NCBI GenBank assembly: GCA_035995205.1
Contig: DASYKS010000102.1
Span: 3,069-67,068 of the forward strand
DNA length: 64,000 bases
Reading direction: 5' to 3'
DNA from: Thermoanaerobaculia bacterium
Lineage (GTDB): Bacteria > Acidobacteriota > Thermoanaerobaculia > Multivoradales > UBA5704
Shown: positions 37,893-45,812 of the stretch, piece after piece
Numbering within the stretch: position 1 is the first letter of the stretch
Layout of the letters: each line of letters opens with the position of its first letter
The notes under the pieces: generated by a model
The model's database searches: none
What the model saw: the letters and a program-made list of their open reading frames with translations, nothing else
What the model was told of the DNA's origin: nothing
Position numbers and translations under genes: made by a program

Positions 37893-39710
37893 ATGTCTTT
37901 CGTTGAACGACTCGAGAAGCTGGATCGGGAGATCGCCGTCGCCGTCGAGGCCGGGCTCGCAAAGCTACGTACCGAGATTGAAGGCCGGCTGCAGGCGGGC
38001 CACGACGAGACGCTGCGCTTGGTGCGAGAGCTGCACGCCGATCTGCCCGGCGCCTATGTTCCGGTCGCCGAGATCAAGGAAATCGCGGACTTGGAGACGC
38101 CTTCCGTCCCGGTGCCGGAACCGATCGACGAGGGCGCCCTCGCCGCCACCGGGAGGGGCACCGGGCATGCCGACCTGCACGCGGCGGCCGTCGCGATCGA
38201 TCGGGCCCGAACGCAAGGCGACGTCCTCAACGCGCTGCTCGCCGAAACCCCCCGGTTCGCCTCGCGCGCGGCGCTGCTGCTGGTCCGGCCCGACGGGCTC
38301 GCGGGCTGGGGGGGCCAAGGGTTCACCCCAGAACGGATCGCCGCGTTCAACCTGCCGCGTAACCACGCCCTCTCCGCGGCAGTGATCGACGGCGGCGGCA
38401 CGGTCGCCCTCTCCGCGGCGGATTGCGCGGATCTCGCCTCGCGGTTCGACAGCGAGGCGCCGCGAGAAGGGGTGTTGATCCCGCTCGTCCTGCGCGACCG
38501 GGTGACTGCGGCGCTCTACGCCGACGCGCTCGGCGGCCAGGCGCTCGAAACATCGGCGCTCCAGACCCTCGCGCACCTGGTGGCGCTGTCGATCGAAACG
38601 CTGCCGTTCCGCGAGCGCGCATCGACCTCCACCCTCCAATCGGCCCCGTCGGCCGATTCGGCGGCGGCCGCGGCTCCGGTCACGACGGAGAAGACCGCTG
38701 AAACCGCCGAGCCCATCGCGACTGCCGAGGCCACGGCGGTCGCGGAGCCCGAACAAGCCGCGACTCAAGCTCTCTCGGTGCCCGAGCCGGAGCCCGAGCT
38801 GCCGCCGGATCTGCCGGTCGAACCGCTCTTCGTCGAGCCGGCGTCGTACGAGCCGGCCGTGGAAAGCAAACCGTTGGAGATCGAGCCGGTCGAGATGCCG
38901 GTGGTTCCGGTGGTCCCGATCGAGGTCGAAGCCGTCGGGGTCGAAGCGGTCGGCACCGGAGCCCTGGAAATCGATCTGGAGCCGGTTCTGCCGCCGCTCG
39001 ATCTCGATTCGATTCCGCTCCCGGAGCCCGAGCCCGAGCCGGCCGCCTGGGCTCCCGCCCCTCCCGCCTTGCCAGACCTCCCGGCGGAACCGGCTCTACC
39101 CGTCGATCCGTATCTCGAACGAATCGCGGTGACCGAGCCGGCCGAAGACGATTCCTTGAACGACACGCGCGCCGGCCACGAGACGGTCCTGCTGCGCACC
39201 CTGCCGCCGCCCAACGCGGCGAGCGGCCCGGGCGCCGCCGCATTTGCCGATTTACCTGCCGACCTGCCCGCCGATTTGCCTGCCGAGCCGGCGCTGCCCG
39301 AGCCGCCGGACGATGGCGATGCGACCCACCCCGGGCCGCGCGCGGTGCCCTCCGGACCCGACGGACCGCGTACGGCGGAGGTCCGGCCGCCGAGCGGCGT
39401 GCAGGGTCCCGGCTGGGCGTTTTCGACCGGCCGCATGCCGGCGATCTCCTTGGATGACGAACCTGTGCACGAAGAGGCGCGCCGTCTTGCCCGGTTGCTG
39501 GTCAGCGAGATCAAGCTCTACAACGAAGAGCAGGTCGAAGAAGGACGCCGGAACCGCGACATCTACGAGCGGCTGAAAGAGGACATCGACCGGTCGCGCC
39601 AGATGTACGAAGACCGGGTCGATCCGAAAGTGGTCGCGACGACCGATTACTTCTACCAGGAGCTGGTGCGGATCCTCGCGGCCGGCGACTCGCGCGCCCT
39701 GGGTATTTGA
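37893..39710 (+). CDS. hypothetical protein with a long Pro/Glu/Ala-rich low-complexity linker and conserved C-terminal helical segment
   Basis: 605 aa. Structured N-terminal ~250 aa (GAF-like, tentative). About 280 aa of PE/PA-rich repeats including LPADLPADLPAEPALPEP. C-terminal ARRLARLLVSEIKLYNEEQVEEGRRNRDIYERLKEDIDRSRQMYEDRV. Confidence 0.6.
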   Translation: MSFVERLEKLDREIAVAVEAGLAKLRTEIEGRLQAGHDETLRLVRELHADLPGAYVPVAEIKEIADLETPSVPVPEPIDEGALAATGRGTGHADLHAAAVAIDRARTQGDVLNALLAETPRFASRAALLLVRPDGLAGWGGQGFTPERIAAFNLPRNHALSAAVIDGGGTVALSAADCADLASRFDSEAPREGVLIPLVLRDRVTAALYADALGGQALETSALQTLAHLVALSIETLPFRERASTSTLQSAPSADSAAAAAPVTTEKTAETAEPIATAEATAVAEPEQAATQALSVPEPEPELPPDLPVEPLFVEPASYEPAVESKPLEIEPVEMPVVPVVPIEVEAVGVEAVGTGALEIDLEPVLPPLDLDSIPLPEPEPEPAAWAPAPPALPDLPAEPALPVDPYLERIAVTEPAEDDSLNDTRAGHETVLLRTLPPPNAASGPGAAAFADLPADLPADLPAEPALPEPPDDGDATHPGPRAVPSGPDGPRTAEVRPPSGVQGPGWAFSTGRMPAISLDDEPVHEEARRLARLLVSEIKLYNEEQVEEGRRNRDIYERLKEDIDRSRQMYEDRVDPKVVATTDYFYQELVRILAAGDSRALGI

Positions 39711-39762
39711 ACCTCCCTCGACCGGCATCCGCCGCGACCGCCGCAGCCATCGTGGTCCGTGG

Positions 39763-42087
39763 ATGGCGTCGAGCCAGACTGCACCGGAAGGAGCGAACGA
39801 CGCCGTGAGACCGCCTGCCCGCACCCGTCGCTCGAGATTGGCCCTCGGAGGCTTTCTGATCGTGAGCCTGCCCCTGCTGCTCGGCGCCGCCTGGCACCTG
39901 GCGGATTCCGGTGCGGTGGTGTCGCGCCCGCGCGCCTGGGCTCAGGCCGCCGATTTGCTCCGCAACCGTGATTGCGCCGGAGCGCTTTCGGCGGTGGATG
40001 CGCTCGCCGCAAACGCCGCCGGGCAGGATGCCGTGTTCGCGCGGCTGGCCGGCGGCTTCTATGCCCGCTCCTGCGGCCGGGCCGACCTCGCGGAGGTTCG
40101 GCTGCGGGCGATCGAAGCGCCCGGCGGCCTGTTGGAGGACTGGCGTCTCTGGGAGCTCGCGCAAGCCGCCACCCAGGTCGGTCATACGAGCGCCGCGGAG
40201 ACCGTGCTGGCCCGGCTGATCGGCGACTATCCGGCCTCTCCGCTGCGCCCGCGCGCCCTGCTCGCCGCGGCGCAGCTCGCCCGGGACCGCGGCGATGCGA
40301 GGGGCGCTCTCTCGCTCGCCGATCTCGGCCGCCGAACCCCGATCGGTTCGGGCGCTGCAACGACAGGTTCGGCCTCTGAGCCAGGCAAAGTCGCCGCCGA
40401 TGCCGCAACCCTCGCGGATCTCGAAGGCCTCGCCTGGCAGGTCGCGACCGCCGCGGGAGACGCCGCGGAGCGGGCGCGCTCGGCGCGCCGGCTCCTGGTC
40501 GAGTTTCCGCTCCGCGCCTCGGATCTGTCGGTGATCGAGAGCTTCCGCGCGCCTGACGGTCGGATCGATTGGACCGCCATCCTCTCCGGCGCCGAGCTGG
40601 AGCGCCGGGCGCGCACCCTCCTCGGTCTTGGCCTGCTCGACGGCGCGACCACCGCGCTCGCCGCGGTGCCCTGGGCGGAGCACGATTTCGACTGGAGCCT
40701 GCTCGAAGCGGAGGCGGATACCCGCGCTTTCCGCGGCGCCGAGGCCTATGCCGCGCTCGCGCCGCTCGCCTTCCATAACCCCGCCGAGGAGGCCGCGCTG
40801 GAATGGGCGCGCGCCCGGGCGGCGGATGACGCGGCGACGGTGCGCCGCGGACGGCCCGGCCCGAACCTGGCCGAGCGGACCGAGCTGCGCCAGCGCCAGC
40901 GCCGCCACCTGCTCCGCGTCGTCCAGTTGGCGAGCGAACCGAGCCTGTCCCAGCGGGCGCTCAAGGTTCTGTTCGAGCAGTTCGTCGGCGAGGAATCCAC
41001 CGACCGTGCGCTCGCCTGCCTGCGCGAGCTGCGCAAGCTCGATCCGAACGACACGACCGGCGCCACCCTCCTCTGGGGGCGCGGCTGGCTCGAATACGCG
41101 CGCGCCAACTACACCGGGGCGATCGGCTGGTGGACCGAGCTGGTCTCGATCTATCCGAGCGAAACCTCGGCCCGTTCGGCCCGCTATTGGACCGCCCGCT
41201 CGTTCGAGCGCCTCGGCGAGACCGAGCGGAGCCGCCAGATCTACCGCGAAGTGGCCGGCGCGGACACCGCCGACTTCTACCGCCGGAACGCGCTCACCCG
41301 CCTGGGTCAAAAGAGCCTGCCGAAAGACCCCGCCGCGCCGCCGAGCGCGGGCGTGTCTCCCGGCCTCTGGCCCTCCGATCCGACGCTTTCCCGTGCGCGC
41401 CTGCTCTCCGACTACGGCTTGGACGACCTGGCCGCAACCGAGCTCGATCTGGTGAGCGACCGCGCGCCCAAGCGTCCGCTCGCCGCGCTCCGGGCGGTGA
41501 TCCTCGCGCGCCAGGGCGACCGAAGGAAGAGCGTGCTCGCGATTCGCGAGGCGTTCCCGGCGCTCGGCGGACCGTTCCAGGCCTCGGTGCCGCTGGAAGC
41601 GCAGCAGCTCTACTACCCGGTGGCGTTCCAACCGCAGATCGAAGCGTGGGCTCTCACCCATCGGCTGCCGGTCGACGTGGTCTACGGCATGATCCGCCAG
41701 GAGAGCTCGTTCGACCTCTCGGCCCAGAGCCACGTCGGCGCCCGCGGCCTGATGCAGCTGATGCCGGCGACGGCGCGCGAGATCTCGAAGCGGTTCGGCA
41801 TTCCGTTCTCGGCCGCGGGGCTCGACGAGCCGGACTTGAACGTCCGCTTGGGCACCGCCTATTTCCGGCAGATGCTCGACACCTTTGGCGGCAATCTGGA
41901 GCTTGCGCTCGCCGGTTACAACGCCGGACCGAACCGCATTCGCCGGCTCTGGCAGAACGCGCCCGCGCAGGAGACCGATGCCTTCGTCGAAGGGCTCGCT
42001 CTTTCCGAGCCGAGGATCTACGTCAAGCGGATCTTGATCCTCTCGGACAGCTACCGGCGGCTCTATTCGAGCGCGAACGCGGGCTGA
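39763..42087 (+). CDS. slt: soluble lytic murein transglycosylase (Slt family)
   Basis: 774 aa. N-terminal superhelical domain and a C-terminal SLT catalytic domain (IRQESSFDLSAQSHVGARGLMQLMPATA...AGYNAG). Confidence 0.8.
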   Translation: MASSQTAPEGANDAVRPPARTRRSRLALGGFLIVSLPLLLGAAWHLADSGAVVSRPRAWAQAADLLRNRDCAGALSAVDALAANAAGQDAVFARLAGGFYARSCGRADLAEVRLRAIEAPGGLLEDWRLWELAQAATQVGHTSAAETVLARLIGDYPASPLRPRALLAAAQLARDRGDARGALSLADLGRRTPIGSGAATTGSASEPGKVAADAATLADLEGLAWQVATAAGDAAERARSARRLLVEFPLRASDLSVIESFRAPDGRIDWTAILSGAELERRARTLLGLGLLDGATTALAAVPWAEHDFDWSLLEAEADTRAFRGAEAYAALAPLAFHNPAEEAALEWARARAADDAATVRRGRPGPNLAERTELRQRQRRHLLRVVQLASEPSLSQRALKVLFEQFVGEESTDRALACLRELRKLDPNDTTGATLLWGRGWLEYARANYTGAIGWWTELVSIYPSETSARSARYWTARSFERLGETERSRQIYREVAGADTADFYRRNALTRLGQKSLPKDPAAPPSAGVSPGLWPSDPTLSRARLLSDYGLDDLAATELDLVSDRAPKRPLAALRAVILARQGDRRKSVLAIREAFPALGGPFQASVPLEAQQLYYPVAFQPQIEAWALTHRLPVDVVYGMIRQESSFDLSAQSHVGARGLMQLMPATAREISKRFGIPFSAAGLDEPDLNVRLGTAYFRQMLDTFGGNLELALAGYNAGPNRIRRLWQNAPAQETDAFVEGLALSEPRIYVKRILILSDSYRRLYSSANAG

Positions 42088-42100
42088 TCCCGCCGCCTCG

Positions 42101-43513
42101 ATGTTCCGGAGTCTGGGCTCAGGCTCGAAGCTCGGATGGCTTCTCGTGGTTCTGGGAGCCTTCTGCGCCCTGAGCTCGGGCTGCCAGGCCGAGGCTCCCG
42201 CCGGTCCGAAGAAGCACGCCGGCCCGATCGTCCTGATCACGTTCGAAGGGCTGCGCGACGACGCGGTGACCGGTCTGGGCGGAGAGCCGGGGCTCACGCC
42301 GCGGTTTCGCGCCTTGGTCGCCCGCGCCTGGAGCGGCCGGGGGATCGCTTCCTCCGGCTCGTCCGAGGCTTCGGTCGCCAGCGTGGTCACCGGTCTCGCG
42401 CCGTGGCAGCACCAGATCCTCGCGCCGGGGGTGGGCGAGCTGCCGGCCGGAGTTCTCACCCTGGCCGAAGCGCTTCACGGCGCGGGGTATCGGACCTACG
42501 GCTTCGGCTCCGCGCGCGAGGTTCGGCTCGGGTTGGCGCGCGGATTCGACGAGTTCGGCGATCTCGGCAAGGGGCACACGGCGATGGCCCGACTCTCCCG
42601 GCTCTCGGGTGGGCGCGAGCTGGTCTGGATTCATCTCTCCGAGCCGCGGCCGCCGTTCGTGCGCCGCGATTGGCTGCTCGCCCGGCTGCCCGGCGCGCCG
42701 GCGAATCTGCCCCGCCGCTTGAGCGGAGCGCAGATCGAGCAGCTGCTCGCGCACGGCGCGAACGATCCGGAGGTGCTGCGAAAGCTCGGCGCGATGTACC
42801 GTTCGAACGTCGCCTGGGCCGACGAGCGGCTCGGTCGCCTGCTTGACGCGCTGGATTCGAGCGGCAAGCGCGACCAGACGCTCTTGGTCGTCACCTCGGT
42901 CGTCGGCGAAGATTTCGGCGCGGGGCGCTTCGGCGCGCGCGATGGCGGTCTCGGTCGCCAGATCCTCGAAGTTCCGCTCGTCGTCGCGGTGCCTGGCGCG
43001 GGCGCGGAGCGGATCGCGATGCCCCCCAAGCATTTGGTGGCGCTCACCCGCATCTGGGCGACGGTCGCCGAGGCGGCCGGCCTTCCGGTGCCGCCCGCGG
43101 TGGCGCCGAGCCTGTTTCGCCCCTCGTCGTCGCCGATCCTCTCCGAGCTATATGCCGGACCGGACGGGTGCAACCGCTTCTCGCTGGTCGCCGGATCGGA
43201 CCAACTGCTCTGGCAGGTCGCGTTCGCCTCCCCCGGCGTGTCCGCCGCGGAGCGGGAGGCGGCGTTTGCCGCGACCCCGCCGCTCCACGGCCAGGGCGAC
43301 CCCCCGGTCCTCCATCTCCTGCGTTGGGGGCCGGGCGGCAGCCGCCCGTCGGCCGATCCGGCACGCGAAAAGCAGCTCGCCGAGGCGCTCGAACGAGCCT
43401 GGAACCGGTTCGCGCCTGAGGAGCTTTCGCTCCTACAAGAAGCCCGGGCGCGCGGCTTGGCGGCCGTCGCTACCCCGGCCGATCCCGCGGCATCCGAAGC
43501 AGCGAGGAAGTAG
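42101..43513 (+). CDS. sulfatase-like/alkaline-phosphatase-superfamily lipoprotein (divergent)
   Basis: 470 aa. Lipobox LGAFCALSSGC. Weak resemblance to the sulfatase fold (PIVLITFEGLRDD...TSVVGEDFG). Confidence 0.5.
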   Translation: MFRSLGSGSKLGWLLVVLGAFCALSSGCQAEAPAGPKKHAGPIVLITFEGLRDDAVTGLGGEPGLTPRFRALVARAWSGRGIASSGSSEASVASVVTGLAPWQHQILAPGVGELPAGVLTLAEALHGAGYRTYGFGSAREVRLGLARGFDEFGDLGKGHTAMARLSRLSGGRELVWIHLSEPRPPFVRRDWLLARLPGAPANLPRRLSGAQIEQLLAHGANDPEVLRKLGAMYRSNVAWADERLGRLLDALDSSGKRDQTLLVVTSVVGEDFGAGRFGARDGGLGRQILEVPLVVAVPGAGAERIAMPPKHLVALTRIWATVAEAAGLPVPPAVAPSLFRPSSSPILSELYAGPDGCNRFSLVAGSDQLLWQVAFASPGVSAAEREAAFAATPPLHGQGDPPVLHLLRWGPGGSRPSADPAREKQLAEALERAWNRFAPEELSLLQEARARGLAAVATPADPAASEAARK

Positions 43514-43571
43514 GCTGGGCCATAACCAGAGCCGGGTGCTATACTTCCTTTCCGCCCCGCCGGGGTCTCCC

Positions 43572-43647
43572 GGGTCCATAGCTCAGCGGTGAGAGCATCC
43601 GGCTCATAACCGGCAGGTCCCTGGTTCAAATCCAGGTGGACCCACCA
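43572..43647 (+). tRNA. tRNA-Met (CAT anticodon; elongator type, or tRNA-Ile2 if lysidinylated), CCA encoded
   Basis: GGGTCCATAGCTCAGCGGTGAGAGCATCCGGCTCATAACCGGCAGGTCCCTGGTTCAAATCCAGGTGGACCCACCA. A full cloverleaf was checked by hand: 7-bp acceptor stem, CTCATAA anticodon loop. Confidence 0.85.
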
Positions 43648-43689
43648 CCGCGAGTTGCGGGGCTATCGAGGAGAGCGCACCCGCCCCCC

Positions 43690-44433
43690 ATGACGCCCCA
43701 ACTGACGACCATCGTCGAGCTCCAGCGCGCCCTGGACCAGCTCCAAGACGCCGAACGCAGAATCAACGAAGTACCAGAGTGGATGCGCGAGTTGCACGAG
43801 CAGCACGGCATGCGCTCCGCCGAGATTCTCGCCTCCGAGACCGCCGCCGAAGAAGCGGGCCGCGAGCGGGTGGCGGCGGATGAAGCGATCCAAGAGGCGC
43901 AAGAAAAACTGAAGCGCTACCAGCAACAGATCAACCGGGTCACCAACCAGCGCGAATATGGCGCTCTGCTCCACGAGATCGACACCGTCAAGCGCGAGAT
44001 CACCAGCCTGGAAGAGCAGGGCCTGGCCGCGATCGAACGGATCGAAACCGCGAATCAGGCGCTCGCGGAGCTACGCGAGAGTTTCCGCGAGATCGACCAG
44101 CAGTACGCCGCGGAAGCCGCCAAGTGGGAACGCGAAAAGCCCGGGGTCGCCCGCGAAGCCGCGGAGATTCGCAAGCGGATCGTCGACCTGCGCGGTCAAT
44201 TACCGAAGGGCGTGCTGGCGCTGTTCGAGCGGATCCGCGAGCGTTACGCGGGGGCCGGCATCACCGAGGTGGTCAAGTTCGAGCGGATCGGCAGCAGCCA
44301 GTTCGAATGGCATTGCAGCGCCTGCAACTTCCGCGTCCGCCCGCAGATCGTGGTCGAGATTCGCACCCAAGGAACTCTCGTCCAGTGCGACTCCTGCAAG
44401 CGGATCCTGGTCGTCGACGAAACCGCTGCCTGA
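43690..44433 (+). CDS. zinc-ribbon domain protein (COG1579-type coiled-coil plus C4 zinc ribbon)
   Basis: Start MTPQLTTIVELQRALD at an internal ATG. Long coiled coil, then CSACNFRV...CDSCKRILV. Confidence 0.7.
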   Translation: MTPQLTTIVELQRALDQLQDAERRINEVPEWMRELHEQHGMRSAEILASETAAEEAGRERVAADEAIQEAQEKLKRYQQQINRVTNQREYGALLHEIDTVKREITSLEEQGLAAIERIETANQALAELRESFREIDQQYAAEAAKWEREKPGVAREAAEIRKRIVDLRGQLPKGVLALFERIRERYAGAGITEVVKFERIGSSQFEWHCSACNFRVRPQIVVEIRTQGTLVQCDSCKRILVVDETAA

Positions 44434-44440
44434 GCGCGCG

Positions 44441-45145
44441 ATGACCGGCCCCGCCGAGATGTCGGGGCTGGCCGAGGCGATCGCCGCGGTCGAGGAGCGC
44501 ATCGCGGCGGCTTGTCTGCGCGCCGGCCGCGACCGCTCCTCGGTCACGCTGGTCGCGGTGACCAAGACCCACCCGCCCGAGACCCTGCGGGCGGCGTGGG
44601 ATCTCGGTCTCAGAATCCTAGGCGAGAACCGCGTCCAAGAGGCGGCAACTAAAATCCCGGCGCTGCCGAAAGAGACCGAATGGCACCTGATCGGCCCTCT
44701 CCAGTCGAACAAGGTGCGTCTCGCGCTCGATCTCTTCCGCACCATCCATTCGATCGACCGGGAAAAGATCGCCTTGGCGCTCGACGCCGAAGCCGCCCGC
44801 CGCGGCATCCTGCTCGACGGTTTCCTCGAAGTGAACTCGGGCATCGAGGTCACCAAGCACGGCTTTCCACCTGAAACCTTCCTCGCTACCGCTCCGCAAT
44901 TCCTCCGCCTCAAGAACCTCCGCATCCGCGGCCTGATGGCGATCCCCCCGTTCGGCCGCGCCGCCGAGGAATCGCGTCCCTACTTTCGCCGCCTCCGCGA
45001 CCTGCGCGATCAGCTCGCCGCCCACCCCGACGCCACCAACTTCTCCGGCTGGCTCTCGATGGGCATGACCGACGACTTCGAGGTCGCGATCGAAGAAGGG
45101 GCTACGCACGTGAGGATCGGTACGGCGATTTTTGGGCGCCGGTAG
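44441..45145 (+). CDS. yggS: YggS-family pyridoxal phosphate homeostasis protein (alanine-racemase-fold)
   Basis: Start MTGPAEM computed from the track ORF. LVAVTKTHPPETLRAAWDLGLRILGENRVQEA and GPLQSNK motifs. Confidence 0.85.
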   Translation: MTGPAEMSGLAEAIAAVEERIAAACLRAGRDRSSVTLVAVTKTHPPETLRAAWDLGLRILGENRVQEAATKIPALPKETEWHLIGPLQSNKVRLALDLFRTIHSIDREKIALALDAEAARRGILLDGFLEVNSGIEVTKHGFPPETFLATAPQFLRLKNLRIRGLMAIPPFGRAAEESRPYFRRLRDLRDQLAAHPDATNFSGWLSMGMTDDFEVAIEEGATHVRIGTAIFGRR

Positions 45146-45347
45146 GGGGAGGGGAACCCCTCTCAGCGTCCGAGGTCTTGCTCGGCTTCTTTGAGATGGA
45201 CTCTGATCATGATGGCTAACCTCCTTCCCGCAGGCCGGAAAGAACACCGCGAACACAGCTTGCCTGGGCTCCCGCCGGAATTCACCGACCGACCTCAGCC
45301 GTTCATCCGGCTCCTAGAGAAGTTCGCTCGGCGCTTCGGAAGGCAGG

Positions 45348-45638
45348 GTGGAGTCACCCAGCAATTCGGTCCGGTACCGTGAGAAATGGGTGAAGTCACG
45401 CAGGAAATCACCCGAGCCGCGTGGAAATTCACTCAAGTCCCCGAGAAAATGGGTGAAGTCCCTCAGTAAATCGCTCAAGTCACGCAAGAATTCGGTGAAG
45501 TCCCCGAAAAATTCACCGAAGTCCCCCAGGAAATGGGCGAAGTCCCCTAGAAATTCACTCAAGTCCTCCAGAAATTCGCTGGAGTCCCCCAAGAAATGGC
45601 TGAAGTCCCCCAGGAAATCGAATTTCTGGAGGACTTGA
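45348..45638 (+). CDS. possible repetitive basic protein with KSPRKWV-type heptad repeats encoded by the 21-bp array (coding status uncertain)
   Basis: GTG start with GGAAGG 4 nt upstream. 96-aa ORF open across 11 tandem 21-nt units. The opposite strand is also open (acidic EFLGDFx heptads), so this may be noncoding. Confidence 0.25.
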   Translation: MESPSNSVRYREKWVKSRRKSPEPRGNSLKSPRKWVKSLSKSLKSRKNSVKSPKNSPKSPRKWAKSPRNSLKSSRNSLESPKKWLKSPRKSNFWRT

Positions 45639-45671
45639 GCGAATTTCTGCGTGGCTTCACCGAATTCCTGC
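45364..45671. repeat. tandem array of 21-bp repeats (about 12 direct units, consensus AATGGGTGAAGTCCCCCAGGA / ATTCACTCAAGTCC...) ending with about 2.5 inverted units
   Basis: Direct units from 45385 to 45615 in exact 21-nt register. Positions 45620-45661 are the reverse complement of the units CGCTCAAGTCCTCCAGAAATT and CGGTGAAGCCACGCAGAAATT. Local GC is ~50%. Confidence 0.8.
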
Positions 45672-45812
45672 GCCCAGGGGCCTTGCGCCGTTTGTATCTT
45701 TTCGCCGGCGGCGACGTATTTCCAGGGGAGACGCCCAGCGCTTCGCTTGCTCGGGTCCCCCTAGATCTCGATCGAAAAACGCTCTCGCCCCTTGCGAGAA
45801 GGAGAGACGCTC

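Noticed and set aside
39511-42459. 982-aa minus-strand ORF
   Set aside because: Antisense to the lytic transglycosylase (the SLT domain is on the plus strand). High-GC artefact.
43648-43690. Terminator after tRNA-Met
   Set aside because: There is a weak CCGCGAGTTGCGGGG hairpin but no U-tract, and the next gene starts within 45 nt. Not called.
45364-45671. CRISPR array hypothesis for the 21-bp tandem repeats
   Set aside because: The units are contiguous with no unique spacers. 21 bp is shorter than known CRISPR repeats. No cas genes or leader are nearby.
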